From IMG/VR virus record IMGVR_UViG_3300027777_000028, positions 1 through 64,000 of that record: a stretch of DNA of 64,000 nt; one strand, written 5' to 3'. A program made the translations under genes and the position numbers. Positions 19,739 to 29,503 of this stretch are shown here, piece after piece. Position 1 is the stretch's first letter; every line of letters begins with the position of its first letter. This stretch comes from a virus. The notes beneath the pieces were generated by a model. The model had not been told where the DNA came from and did not search any database. It worked only from the letters and a program-made list of their open reading frames with translations.

Positions 19739-20569
19739 ATGAATTACAAAAATTTTGTAAAAGATATAATTACAGAAATTATTAGTGATCAATTAAAACC
19801 AACAATGAAGTATTATGCTTTTGATTGGGATGATAATCTAATGTATATGCCGACCAAAATTTATTTGAAAGACGATAAAGGAAAAAGTGTTGGTATGTCA
19901 ACTGAAGATTTTGCAGAATACAGAACTGAAATTGGTAAAGAACCTTTTAATTACAAAGGACACAAGATTGTTGGTTTTGACGACGAAGCTTTTAGAGATT
20001 TTAGAGTTCATGGTGATAAAGAATTTGTTAAAGACTCTATAAAATCTCCAACAGGACCTTCTTGGAATGATTTTGTTGAGGCGGTCAATGATGGGTCTAT
20101 ATTTTCGATTATCACAGCAAGAGGTCACACCCCTAGTGTTTTAAAAAATGCTGTTTATAATTTAATTAAAAAGAATAAACACGGGTTAAACGAAAAAACT
20201 ATTGTTAAAAATCTTAAAAAATATAGAGATCTTGCAGATGAAGACGAATTATCTGATGATGATATTATTAGATATTACTTAGATATGTGTAAATTTTATC
20301 CTGTAACGTTTGGTCAGGGTTCTGCTGCTAATCCCGAACAATTAAAGGTGGATGCAATGAGAGAGTTTATGTCTTATGTTCAAAAACTTTCTAGACAACT
20401 GCAAGAAAAGGCATTTATGAAAAACAAAATCAGTAATTATTTTATACCTTATATTGGTTTTTCTGATGATGATTTAAGAAATGTTCAAATTATGAGAAAG
20501 AATTTTGATGATGAAGATGAATTAAAAATTTATCATACTAGTAAGGAAGGTAAAACTAAATATGAATAA
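19739..20569 (+). CDS. HAD-superfamily phosphatase-like protein
   Basis: Motif I AFDWDDNL, motif II IITARG, conserved Lys (QLKV), motif IV GFSDDD. Confidence 0.75.
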   Translation: MNYKNFVKDIITEIISDQLKPTMKYYAFDWDDNLMYMPTKIYLKDDKGKSVGMSTEDFAEYRTEIGKEPFNYKGHKIVGFDDEAFRDFRVHGDKEFVKDSIKSPTGPSWNDFVEAVNDGSIFSIITARGHTPSVLKNAVYNLIKKNKHGLNEKTIVKNLKKYRDLADEDELSDDDIIRYYLDMCKFYPVTFGQGSAANPEQLKVDAMREFMSYVQKLSRQLQEKAFMKNKISNYFIPYIGFSDDDLRNVQIMRKNFDDEDELKIYHTSKEGKTKYE

Positions 20570-20676
20570 CTGGTCTAGTTAATAGATTATTTAAAAAAAA
20601 ACAGAAGTAAATAGAAAAATTTTTAATAAGATACTATTTATAATAAAAATAAAACAAAAAACTAAAAAAAAACAAT

Positions 20677-21165
20677 ATGGCTGATTTATTAATGAAAATG
20701 CCAATCCCTTATGAACCGAAAAGGGAGAACCGATGGATACTTAGATTTCCGTCGTCACTTGGGATCAATGAGTGGTATGTTGAAACAACGTCAAGACCAA
20801 AACTTACAATTGCTTCGACAGAGATTCAGTTTTTGAATACTTCAACTTATGTTGCTGGTCGTTTCACTTGGGGAGAGTTACCTGTAACATTTAGAGATCC
20901 AATTGGACCTTCTGCGTCTCAAGCGGTTATGGAATGGATTCGTTTATGTGCTGAGTCAGTAACAGGACGTATGGGTTATGCTGCGGGATACAAGAAAAAT
21001 GTTGATCTTGAAATGTTAGACCCAACAGGTGTTGTTGTTGAAAAATGGATTTTAGAAGGAACTTTCCTTTTAGGATATGATGGGGGATCATTAACATATT
21101 CATCAGATGGTGTAGCAAAAATAAGTTGTCAGATGAGAATGGACCGTTGTATATTGGTTTATTAA
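20677..21165 (+). CDS. Tail tube protein (gp19-like)
   Basis: YEPKRENRWIL, YVAGRFTW, YKKNVDLEMLDPTG..VEKWILEG; 162 aa, downstream of the sheath. Confidence 0.9.
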   Translation: MADLLMKMPIPYEPKRENRWILRFPSSLGINEWYVETTSRPKLTIASTEIQFLNTSTYVAGRFTWGELPVTFRDPIGPSASQAVMEWIRLCAESVTGRMGYAAGYKKNVDLEMLDPTGVVVEKWILEGTFLLGYDGGSLTYSSDGVAKISCQMRMDRCILVY

Positions 21166-21242
21166 TCACATATATTTTTTTTATTTAAGAATTAAATGTT
21201 TACTAACAATAACATATTCTTATTTTTATTATAAAAAATAAT

Positions 21243-22013
21243 ATGGAACAAGATGTTTATCAAGCAGGACAAGCTGAATTCAATTTACCTCATGATGTGA
21301 TACAACTACCTAGTCAAGGTAAATTTTACAAATCAAAAAAGAAATCTGTAAAGGTTGGTTATTTAACCGCAGTTGATGAGAATATCATTGCTGAAGCGGA
21401 TTATAAAAAAAGTATAACAGAAAGTATTATATTTCCTTTATTAAGAAATAAACTTTATGAAAAAGATTTAAGACCCGAAGAACTTGTTGATGGTGATGTT
21501 GAAGCAATCCTTTTATTTTTACGAAATACATCATTTGGACCTGAATACACTGTTAGTTCTATTGATCCAGAAACTGATAAAAGGTTTCAAACGACAATTA
21601 GTTTAGACGAATTAAATTACAAAAAAATTAATTATGAACCAAATGAAGATGGATATTTTGAAACCAAACTTCCTGTGTCAGGATCAAGAGTAAAATTAAA
21701 AATCTTGAATATGGGTGAAAAATTTGAAATTGAAAATATCTTAAAATCATATCCAGCAGGAAGAGTGACTCCAACTATTACTACAAGATTATTAAAACAA
21801 ATTGTTGAAATTGACGGAGATTCTGACAAAGGTAATATTGCAATCTTTATTGAAAAGATGCCAATTGCTGATTCCAAATATATTAGAAAGTTTTTATCTG
21901 AAAATGAACCGAGATTAGATCTATCAAAAGAAGTAATAGCCCCGTCAGGAGAAAGAGTAGTGATCGACATTACTTTTGGGGTGGAGTTTTTTCGGCCTTT
22001 CTTATCAATATAA
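21243..22013 (+). CDS. Baseplate hub assembly / tail assembly chaperone (T4 gp26-like)
   Basis: LPSQGKFY...LTAVDE, GDVEAILLFLRNTSFG and C-terminal FGVEFF; lies between tube and tape measure. Confidence 0.75.
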   Translation: MEQDVYQAGQAEFNLPHDVIQLPSQGKFYKSKKKSVKVGYLTAVDENIIAEADYKKSITESIIFPLLRNKLYEKDLRPEELVDGDVEAILLFLRNTSFGPEYTVSSIDPETDKRFQTTISLDELNYKKINYEPNEDGYFETKLPVSGSRVKLKILNMGEKFEIENILKSYPAGRVTPTITTRLLKQIVEIDGDSDKGNIAIFIEKMPIADSKYIRKFLSENEPRLDLSKEVIAPSGERVVIDITFGVEFFRPFLSI

Positions 22014-22146
22014 AACAACAATTTTAGACGAATTTTATTATTTCTCAAAAATATTTAGAACACAATATTCTGAATTTTTGAATATGCCAACGTATGTAAG
22101 GAAGTATCTTATAAATAAATTTGTTTCTGAAAGCGAAAAGAAATAA
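21988..22146 (+). CDS. Unannotated +1-frame ORF (gp51-like extension of the chaperone), probably reached by frameshift
   Basis: +1 frame reads FFGLSYQYKTTILDEFYYFSKIFRTQYSEFLNMPTYVRKYLINKFVSESEKK*, filling the gap before the TMP; it has no early ATG. Confidence 0.65.
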   Translation, partial: FFGLSYQYKTTILDEFYYFSKIFRTQYSEFLNMPTYVRKYLINKFVSESEKK

Positions 22147-22174
22147 AACAATATTTATTTAAAAATAAGTTTAA

Positions 22175-24028
22175 ATGCCTAGTTACGAAAATTTAAGTAC
22201 TGAAAAGTTAATTAGAGAACTTAAAGACCGAGATGCGACTATAGATTATCAAGATGGTAAAATTAGAAATCTTCAACGAGCTCAATCTTCAACTCAATCT
22301 TCATCATTTGAAGAAAGTGCAGACTCTTATAATGTATGGGTGGCAAATCTAGACGGAATTACAAATAAATTACTTTCAACAGCAAAAGAATATAGTGAAG
22401 CCATAAATCCATTGAATTCAGATGCTTTTGCAAAACTAGACGAATACGGAACAGGACTTCAAGCAACTTTTGGTTTAGGAAAGGAAAGGATGGAAGAGTT
22501 CAAAAAAACCATCGCAGACGTTGCTCCTGAATTAGCTAAGATGGGGATTGACGAAGCCAAAATAGCCGAAAAAGTTGGTGACATAATGAGAGGATTGGGA
22601 ACTACCGCAAGTTTAAGTACAAAAGCTATTACTGAATTAGCGGCGGTGTCAAAAGTTACTGGAGAACAAGAGGAAACTTTAGCTGCCAATTTTAAAGAAG
22701 TCGGAGTATCAATTAATGATGTTGGTTCAGAAATGAAAACAGTAATTGATTACGCTAAAAATGTCGGAGTTTCTGTTAAAGGAGTTTCAAGTGATGTTGT
22801 TTCAAACTTAAACAAAATGAATTTGTATAACTTTGATAACGGTATCAAAGGTTTAGCAACTATGGCGGCAACATCACAAAGAATTGGTCTTAAAATGAGT
22901 GAAGTCTTTTCGTTTTCTGAAAAAATATATAATCCTGAAGGAGCAATAGAAATGGCAGCGGGATTACAAAGACTTGGTGTAACCGCCAGTGGATTGTTAG
23001 ATCCTTTAAAGGCAATGGATTTGGCAGCGAATGATCCTGAAGGATTACAAAAAGAAATGATAAATATTACCAAAGAGTTTACAACATTTAATGAAAAAAA
23101 TGGTAAATTCGAAATACTTCCAGGTTCTAAAAGAAGGTTAAGAGAAATTGCGAAAGAAATGGAAATACCTGTGGAACAATTGGCAAAAATGTCAATTAAC
23201 GCAGCAGACTTTGATATGAAAATGAAACAAATTAAATTTCCTTCATTAGCCGAAGGTGATGAAGAAACAAAACAACTCATTGCCTCAATGGCACAATTAG
23301 AAGGTGGTGTCGCAAAAATACAAGTTAAACAAGAGAGTGGTGAGGTTGTTACAAAGGCTGTTGAAGAATTAACACCACAAGACATTGCCGAATTAAAAAA
23401 GGCAAACGAAGACTCATCTAAAAGTTTGGAAGAGTTGGCGGTAGAACAATTATCAGTTCAAGAACAAACTTTAGCATATTTTAAAAGTGGTGAATTAGCA
23501 CTTAAAATGGGAAAAGCGACATCACCTAGTTTAAGTAGATTTTATGGAGCAGTTGCTAAAACCAATCTTGCGGTTGCTAAAAACGTAAGTAAAGCCGTAG
23601 GAGGTACAGAGGGTGTTAGAAATGAAATGCAAAACCTAGCAGGTCCTGCTGAAGGATTAATTAAATCCTTAATGGATGGTAATAAGGCAAATGTTGCAAT
23701 TTATAGTGAACAATTACAAAAAAATACTCAAGATATATTTGATAAATTAGTACCAAAAGGTTCGGCTTTAGTAACAGATATTGCTAAAGACGTTTCTACA
23801 ACTTTTGCTGAAACATATAAAAATGTGGGAAATCCTGAAAATAAAGAAACAAAAACAGTAACTCATAAACACGAAGGTACTCTTATTTTGAAGGGAGAAG
23901 GTAATGTAAACGGTGTGACACAAAGGAACATTAACGATTTATTATCTGACCCGAGTAATGCAAGTCAAACTAATTTCTTGTTGAATGGTGGGTCTGAACC
24001 AAGCGCAGCGACAGGTAAGAAAAATTAG
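22175..24028 (+). CDS. Tape measure protein (putative)
   Basis: Ala/Lys/Glu-rich helical 617-aa protein directly after tube and chaperone. Confidence 0.7.
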   Translation: MPSYENLSTEKLIRELKDRDATIDYQDGKIRNLQRAQSSTQSSSFEESADSYNVWVANLDGITNKLLSTAKEYSEAINPLNSDAFAKLDEYGTGLQATFGLGKERMEEFKKTIADVAPELAKMGIDEAKIAEKVGDIMRGLGTTASLSTKAITELAAVSKVTGEQEETLAANFKEVGVSINDVGSEMKTVIDYAKNVGVSVKGVSSDVVSNLNKMNLYNFDNGIKGLATMAATSQRIGLKMSEVFSFSEKIYNPEGAIEMAAGLQRLGVTASGLLDPLKAMDLAANDPEGLQKEMINITKEFTTFNEKNGKFEILPGSKRRLREIAKEMEIPVEQLAKMSINAADFDMKMKQIKFPSLAEGDEETKQLIASMAQLEGGVAKIQVKQESGEVVTKAVEELTPQDIAELKKANEDSSKSLEELAVEQLSVQEQTLAYFKSGELALKMGKATSPSLSRFYGAVAKTNLAVAKNVSKAVGGTEGVRNEMQNLAGPAEGLIKSLMDGNKANVAIYSEQLQKNTQDIFDKLVPKGSALVTDIAKDVSTTFAETYKNVGNPENKETKTVTHKHEGTLILKGEGNVNGVTQRNINDLLSDPSNASQTNFLLNGGSEPSAATGKKN

Positions 24029-24083
24029 TAGGTATATACTCCTTCAAAAAAATACATAATATCTATTTATAGAATAAAGTAGT

Positions 24084-27000
24084 ATGGCCGAAAGTTTTTT
24101 ATCGTTTGGTAATTCAGAATCATTTAGGAAACAGTTATTAGTTAGAAACCTAGTACCATATGGTGTGCCCGGAGCTTACACATCACCGTCAAACCCAATT
24201 AATTACGAAACCAATTTAACCGTAACTAACGTAATTGATTCACCAAATAACTATGTGTCAACGAATTTATTTGCAAAAGATTTATATCCTTTAAATGAAT
24301 ATGGACCTGAAGGAGGATTTGGTAATCCTATTGGGATTAATAGTATAGCATCAACTAACAATCCCGAAGGAACAAATCAAGGTCCTTATCAACCAAATGA
24401 CACTGTACTAGATGTTGTTAATGAGTTTTATATTGAAACTGCTTACGTCACTAACAAGTGGGGTCCTAGTGGTGGTTATAAAGATTTAGTAATTATCACT
24501 GATCTACAAAATAATGGAAACATATATCAACCGTATTGGGATCCAGGATATTATAGTTATTCATCATATCCCACTTTTAATATAGTATTCCAAAATGATC
24601 CTGTAGGATCAAATGGTCCTTTATCTTCAGATAGTTTTATTGCACAAATAGGTGCTTCACAATTAAAATTTGCTTTTGATGAAAGAGTTGCTCAAGAACT
24701 ACAACAAGCGACCGTAGGTGTTATTAACTTGGATACAATAAGCGATCCTTTTTCAGCAAGTTTATTAGCGACAGGACAACAACCATTTTTCATAAGAGAT
24801 TGGAAAATCACTGTTCCCGAAAATCCTGTTTTAGCTGCCGTTTCATTGGCAAATAGATTAACAGGAACTTATTTTCCTGTTTCATTTATTCCTGGTGATT
24901 ATTTTAGTAATGACAACCCAATCAACAAACCACAAACAGAAGCGGCTCTTGGTGTTGCAAATAGTTTGACAGGTGGATTGTTAGCACCAATAATGAACAA
25001 ATACAGAAATCCATCTGAAGTATTTGTTGCAAACACAGGAAACGGACAAAGATCCGCATTATTTTCGGCTTTAGATTATAACTTATATAGACCAGCATAT
25101 AACAGAGGAGTAATTGGAGGGCTTATCGCCAATGCATCTGCTGCTGTTAATAGATTATTCGATCAAGATAAAGCTCAGTCGTCGGGATATTATGTTGGAA
25201 GTGAAAACGCCGAACCATCACAAATAGATGGACCACCAAACCAACTTCCCGTTAATCAATTTGGAGTTCAACAACAGAGTATTGTTTATGGACCTCAAGA
25301 ATTGGGTATATTATATGAAGGAAATGAAGAAAAAATAAAATTTGGATTTAAAGGAAAATCATATACTGATGGTGGTGGAACTTCAGGACAATTAGTATGG
25401 ACTTCACCAAAATACAAACCAAATGCCGGATTTAGAGCGACAGAAGGAGGAGGTGCCGGAAGTTTAGACGATGAGTTTAATCAAATATCTGCAGATTATT
25501 TACAATATCAATCAACAGATATTGAGTTCAAACCTGGATCTATTTTATATGAAACACAACAATTAGTAAATTCTGCCGATCAGGTTCAGGGTCAAGCAAG
25601 ATTAAAACATGTCGGAACAGCAATTAATCAAGTTTCAAAAGTTTTTAACGATGGATATAAAGAATTAACAAAAGGTTCAAGAGTATTATCATATGTTAAT
25701 CAAGCGGATGGAACACAAGCAGGTTTAGAATACTGTAGAGTATTTCAAAAAGATACACCATATTATACTTATGCTGATTTACAAAAAACAGATGGTATTA
25801 CAACCGCAGGAAGAAGAGCGGATTATTCAATATTTGATAACACTTATAATTTGAATATTGCCCCTATCAAAAACCCTGGTTCAACTAATATCGTCGATGG
25901 AAAAGTTAAAAAATATATGTTTTCAATTGAAAACTTGGCATGGAGAACTTCTGACAGACCGGGATATACCTACGATGACCTTCCTGTTTGTGAAAAAGGA
26001 CCGAATGGTGGTAGAATTATGTGGTTTCCACCTTATAACTTAAAGTTTTCAGATGATGCAAAACCAGATTTTAATCAAACATCTTTTTTAGGAAGATCAG
26101 AACCAATTTACACATACAAAAATACAAGTAGATCAGGTCAATTAAGTTGGACAATACTTGTCGATAATCCATCTATGTTGAATACTATTGTAGAAAAACA
26201 AATGAAAGGTGTTGCAAGAGAAAGAATTCAAAGTGTAATTGATTCGTTTTTTGCTGGATGTACAAAATATGATATGTATGAATTGGGTATAAAATTTAAC
26301 ACAATACCAACCAAAGATTTATACACATATCAACAAATATTAAATAATCCTAGACTTACTTCAGAAGAACAAGTCCAAGTTTTACAAAGTTTACCTGTTA
26401 ATCAAAATAATACTAACTCGAATAGTTCATCAGGTGCTGACACAAACTCAAACACAACAGGGGAGGGAAATCAAACACAAGATAATACACCTCCAGATTA
26501 CAATTGGAGTTCATATGAAGGACTTGGGTTCTATTTCGAAAACGATGTCCCTGGTGGACCTAATGGAACTAAACCGGGTGAAAACAAAACGCTAGGAACA
26601 TCGGCAAGTAATTTTGATGTTTATTACAATCAATATATTGGATTAAAAGGTACATATAATGCCAAAGCACCTCAATATGTAAATTCAAACGGAGAAATAT
26701 TTAATAAGGCGGCAATTCCAAACTTTTTTAGTGAAGTTATTGAAGGAAACTTTAATACAGTTCAAAATGACCTAATGAAAAAAATTGATGATGTTTTGGT
26801 AAAACGAAATGGAAGTATTACTTTAGAAATGTTAGGATCGGCATCAGCACCACAAGAAAAAGCGTATAACGTTAAATTATCAGAAAGAAGAAATGATTCA
26901 GTTAAAAAATGGTTTTTGAATTACAAATTATCTGACAATCAAACAATACAACAATACGGGGACAAATTCAAAATAATTTTGAATTCACAAGGAGAGGAAA

Positions 27001-29177
27001 CCGTTATACCTCAAACAAGAGCAATTGCTTCAGGAACTCCAGAAACAAATGATATTAGTGTTACAAACTCTAAAGGGGGTGACATTTTATCGGCAAGTAT
27101 TAATTGTACTGTTAATAGTTTTGCGGTAACCGACAAAGGAGTAAAAATACCCGATCAAACAACACCAACTGAAGCACAATGGTATAGTGTTCCTGCGATG
27201 GCTTGTAGACGAGTTGTAATTCAAAAAATAACGGCAGTTATAAAACCAAATCCTGTAACACCAAAAGAACCTGTACCAAAAAAGGATGAAAAAGTTAATA
27301 ATCCACAAAATCCTTTAACCGCAACAACACAAAGTATTAAACCTGAACCTCAAATTACTGTAGAACAAAAAATTAAGGAAGGAATATCAAAAAAGATATT
27401 AAGAAATCTTTTTACCGAGTGTGATTATTTTGAAATAATTAAAGAAACAAATCCAATGGTGTATGAAACAATAAAAGATAGTATTAAATATTTTAGTCCT
27501 ACTTTTCACTCAATGACACCAGAAGGTTTGAATTCAAGATTAACATTTTTACAACAATGTACGAGACCTGGTCAAACCATACCAATCATAGGACCTGATG
27601 GAAGACCAAAATATAACGATGCGTTAAACACATCATTCGGTGCACCACCAATTTTAGTATTGAGAGTTGGTGATTTTTATCATACTAAAATTGTCCCAAC
27701 ATCATTAGGTATAGCATATGAGCCAATATTATTGGATATGAACCCTGAAGGTATCGGAGTTCAACCAATGTTAGCAAACATAAGCTTAAGTTTTAATATT
27801 ATTGGAGGAATGGGACTAAAAGAACCAGTTCAGGAGCTTCAAAATGCGTTGTCGTTTAATTATTATGCGAACACTGAAATTTTTGATGAAAGAGCTGTGT
27901 CGACTTATGATACAAGTAAATTGGATAAATACGTGGTTGATAAAATAACAGGAGGACTTCCACCGGTGACACAACAACAACAGGCGGTAATTAACAGCGT
28001 TCAACCAAAAAAAGGAGGTAGTACTGTAGGTACTATTGTCGACACGACTACTATGGATTATGCTGGATTATATGATTCTTTACAAACTAAACTACAAGAA
28101 TATTTCAAAGCGTATTATGATTCGATAAATAAAACCACTACGGATTATTCTTATGGGGCAACACTTATATCGTTAAAAAATAAAAATTATACTGAAGGTG
28201 AATTATCCCCATATACAAGCCAAAAAACAAAAACAATCCTCTATGGTAAATCAAATGAGTATCAAGGATTTATAGACAATCTTGTAAAAGAAGTTCAAAA
28301 AGATATTAATCAAGGAGATAATCCAATACTTAAAGTTGTGAGCGATAGATCAGGTGGTATTACAGGAAAACAAAAAAGAGAACTACAAGAAAAGTTAAAA
28401 TCACAAGTATCAAAAGGTCAAATTGATATTTCAAATACAATAACAAACAATAATACAAATATTGTTCAAGTAGAAACTGATCTTAATTATATTTTTAGAC
28501 AACTCGATGTTGTTGCCTCAAAACTGGACGGAAGTTTATTACAATCCAATGAACCAGTATTGTATGACTTAAGCGGCAACACATTTTTTGATCCTACGGA
28601 AAATAGTGGATCTATTTTTGATGTTTTTACAAATAAAGTTCCCAAAACAATTGAAGATTTCAATAAATTAATTCTAAGTTTCGATTTTAATCCAGACTTC
28701 TTTAAAAAATCTAATTCAACGTTAGACAACGGAAACGGGTGTAGTTTTGTTGAAGGAAATAGTCAAGGATATTTAGTAAACTGCCCTACTAATAGATATT
28801 ATAGTTTGATGTGTCCATACTTTACAAACTCTGAAAAATTTCAAAATATGGTCAATGAATTAATTAGTGGTCCTGAAGTTAAAGGAGATACTAAAGGACT
28901 GACCGATCAGATAAAAGATGCATGTAATGACTTGAAAAAGGAATATGAAAGTTTTCAAAAATTTTGGACAGATCAATTAAAAAAGATTATTGACGATCAG
29001 GTATATAAAACAGTAACAACTTGGAAAATACCTGATAACACAATTAAAACGTGTTCATATGTAACACCTGCTGAAGGGGATATAAAACAAAAAACTAAAA
29101 GGATAAAGGACCTTTACTCAAACATTAATTTAAATGATGATAAAAAATCATTCAACGGAAAAGTAACATTTAACTAA
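24084..29177 (+). CDS. Large baseplate hub / tube-initiator-like protein with internal OmpA-like domain
   Basis: GRSEPIYTYKNTSRSG and PPILVLRVGDFY tube-initiator-like segments; OmpA-C-like GSASAPQEKAYNVKLSERRNDSVKKW...QGE...CRRVVI. Confidence 0.6.
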   Translation: MAESFLSFGNSESFRKQLLVRNLVPYGVPGAYTSPSNPINYETNLTVTNVIDSPNNYVSTNLFAKDLYPLNEYGPEGGFGNPIGINSIASTNNPEGTNQGPYQPNDTVLDVVNEFYIETAYVTNKWGPSGGYKDLVIITDLQNNGNIYQPYWDPGYYSYSSYPTFNIVFQNDPVGSNGPLSSDSFIAQIGASQLKFAFDERVAQELQQATVGVINLDTISDPFSASLLATGQQPFFIRDWKITVPENPVLAAVSLANRLTGTYFPVSFIPGDYFSNDNPINKPQTEAALGVANSLTGGLLAPIMNKYRNPSEVFVANTGNGQRSALFSALDYNLYRPAYNRGVIGGLIANASAAVNRLFDQDKAQSSGYYVGSENAEPSQIDGPPNQLPVNQFGVQQQSIVYGPQELGILYEGNEEKIKFGFKGKSYTDGGGTSGQLVWTSPKYKPNAGFRATEGGGAGSLDDEFNQISADYLQYQSTDIEFKPGSILYETQQLVNSADQVQGQARLKHVGTAINQVSKVFNDGYKELTKGSRVLSYVNQADGTQAGLEYCRVFQKDTPYYTYADLQKTDGITTAGRRADYSIFDNTYNLNIAPIKNPGSTNIVDGKVKKYMFSIENLAWRTSDRPGYTYDDLPVCEKGPNGGRIMWFPPYNLKFSDDAKPDFNQTSFLGRSEPIYTYKNTSRSGQLSWTILVDNPSMLNTIVEKQMKGVARERIQSVIDSFFAGCTKYDMYELGIKFNTIPTKDLYTYQQILNNPRLTSEEQVQVLQSLPVNQNNTNSNSSSGADTNSNTTGEGNQTQDNTPPDYNWSSYEGLGFYFENDVPGGPNGTKPGENKTLGTSASNFDVYYNQYIGLKGTYNAKAPQYVNSNGEIFNKAAIPNFFSEVIEGNFNTVQNDLMKKIDDVLVKRNGSITLEMLGSASAPQEKAYNVKLSERRNDSVKKWFLNYKLSDNQTIQQYGDKFKIILNSQGEETVIPQTRAIASGTPETNDISVTNSKGGDILSASINCTVNSFAVTDKGVKIPDQTTPTEAQWYSVPAMACRRVVIQKITAVIKPNPVTPKEPVPKKDEKVNNPQNPLTATTQSIKPEPQITVEQKIKEGISKKILRNLFTECDYFEIIKETNPMVYETIKDSIKYFSPTFHSMTPEGLNSRLTFLQQCTRPGQTIPIIGPDGRPKYNDALNTSFGAPPILVLRVGDFYHTKIVPTSLGIAYEPILLDMNPEGIGVQPMLANISLSFNIIGGMGLKEPVQELQNALSFNYYANTEIFDERAVSTYDTSKLDKYVVDKITGGLPPVTQQQQAVINSVQPKKGGSTVGTIVDTTTMDYAGLYDSLQTKLQEYFKAYYDSINKTTTDYSYGATLISLKNKNYTEGELSPYTSQKTKTILYGKSNEYQGFIDNLVKEVQKDINQGDNPILKVVSDRSGGITGKQKRELQEKLKSQVSKGQIDISNTITNNNTNIVQVETDLNYIFRQLDVVASKLDGSLLQSNEPVLYDLSGNTFFDPTENSGSIFDVFTNKVPKTIEDFNKLILSFDFNPDFFKKSNSTLDNGNGCSFVEGNSQGYLVNCPTNRYYSLMCPYFTNSEKFQNMVNELISGPEVKGDTKGLTDQIKDACNDLKKEYESFQKFWTDQLKKIIDDQVYKTVTTWKIPDNTIKTCSYVTPAEGDIKQKTKRIKDLYSNINLNDDKKSFNGKVTFN

Positions 29178-29179
29178 AC

Positions 29180-29503
29180 ATGGGATTACAATATTGGAAT
29201 AGATATACAGATTTTTTAATAAATGGACAACAAACTGTTGTTCCGTATGTTCAGTTGCCTTCAAAGACTTCAGACAAAAATTATATATATATTATTGGTC
29301 AGTCTAGGTTGGACAAAATTTCACAACAATTTTATGGATCTCCGTATTTTGGATGGTTGATCCAAGCGGCAAATCCGCAATATTCAGGAAACGAATATGC
29401 AATACCTGATGGTGCGGTATTGACAATTCCATTTCCTTTAGTAGCTTCATTACAAGATTATAAAAACTCTTACGAAAACTATTTCTTCTATTATGGTAGA
29501 TAA
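29180..29503 (+). CDS. LysM-like baseplate protein (gp53/tail-X-like)
   Basis: RLDKISQQFYGSPYFGWLIQAANP...IPDGAVLTIP. Confidence 0.75.
   Translation: MGLQYWNRYTDFLINGQQTVVPYVQLPSKTSDKNYIYIIGQSRLDKISQQFYGSPYFGWLIQAANPQYSGNEYAIPDGAVLTIPFPLVASLQDYKNSYENYFFYYGR

Noticed and set aside
22459-23385. Long antisense ORFs (e.g. 22750-23385, 21632-22048, 49730-50110, 36867-37176)
   Set aside because: They lie opposite well-supported genes and have no motifs; they are expected shadow ORFs.
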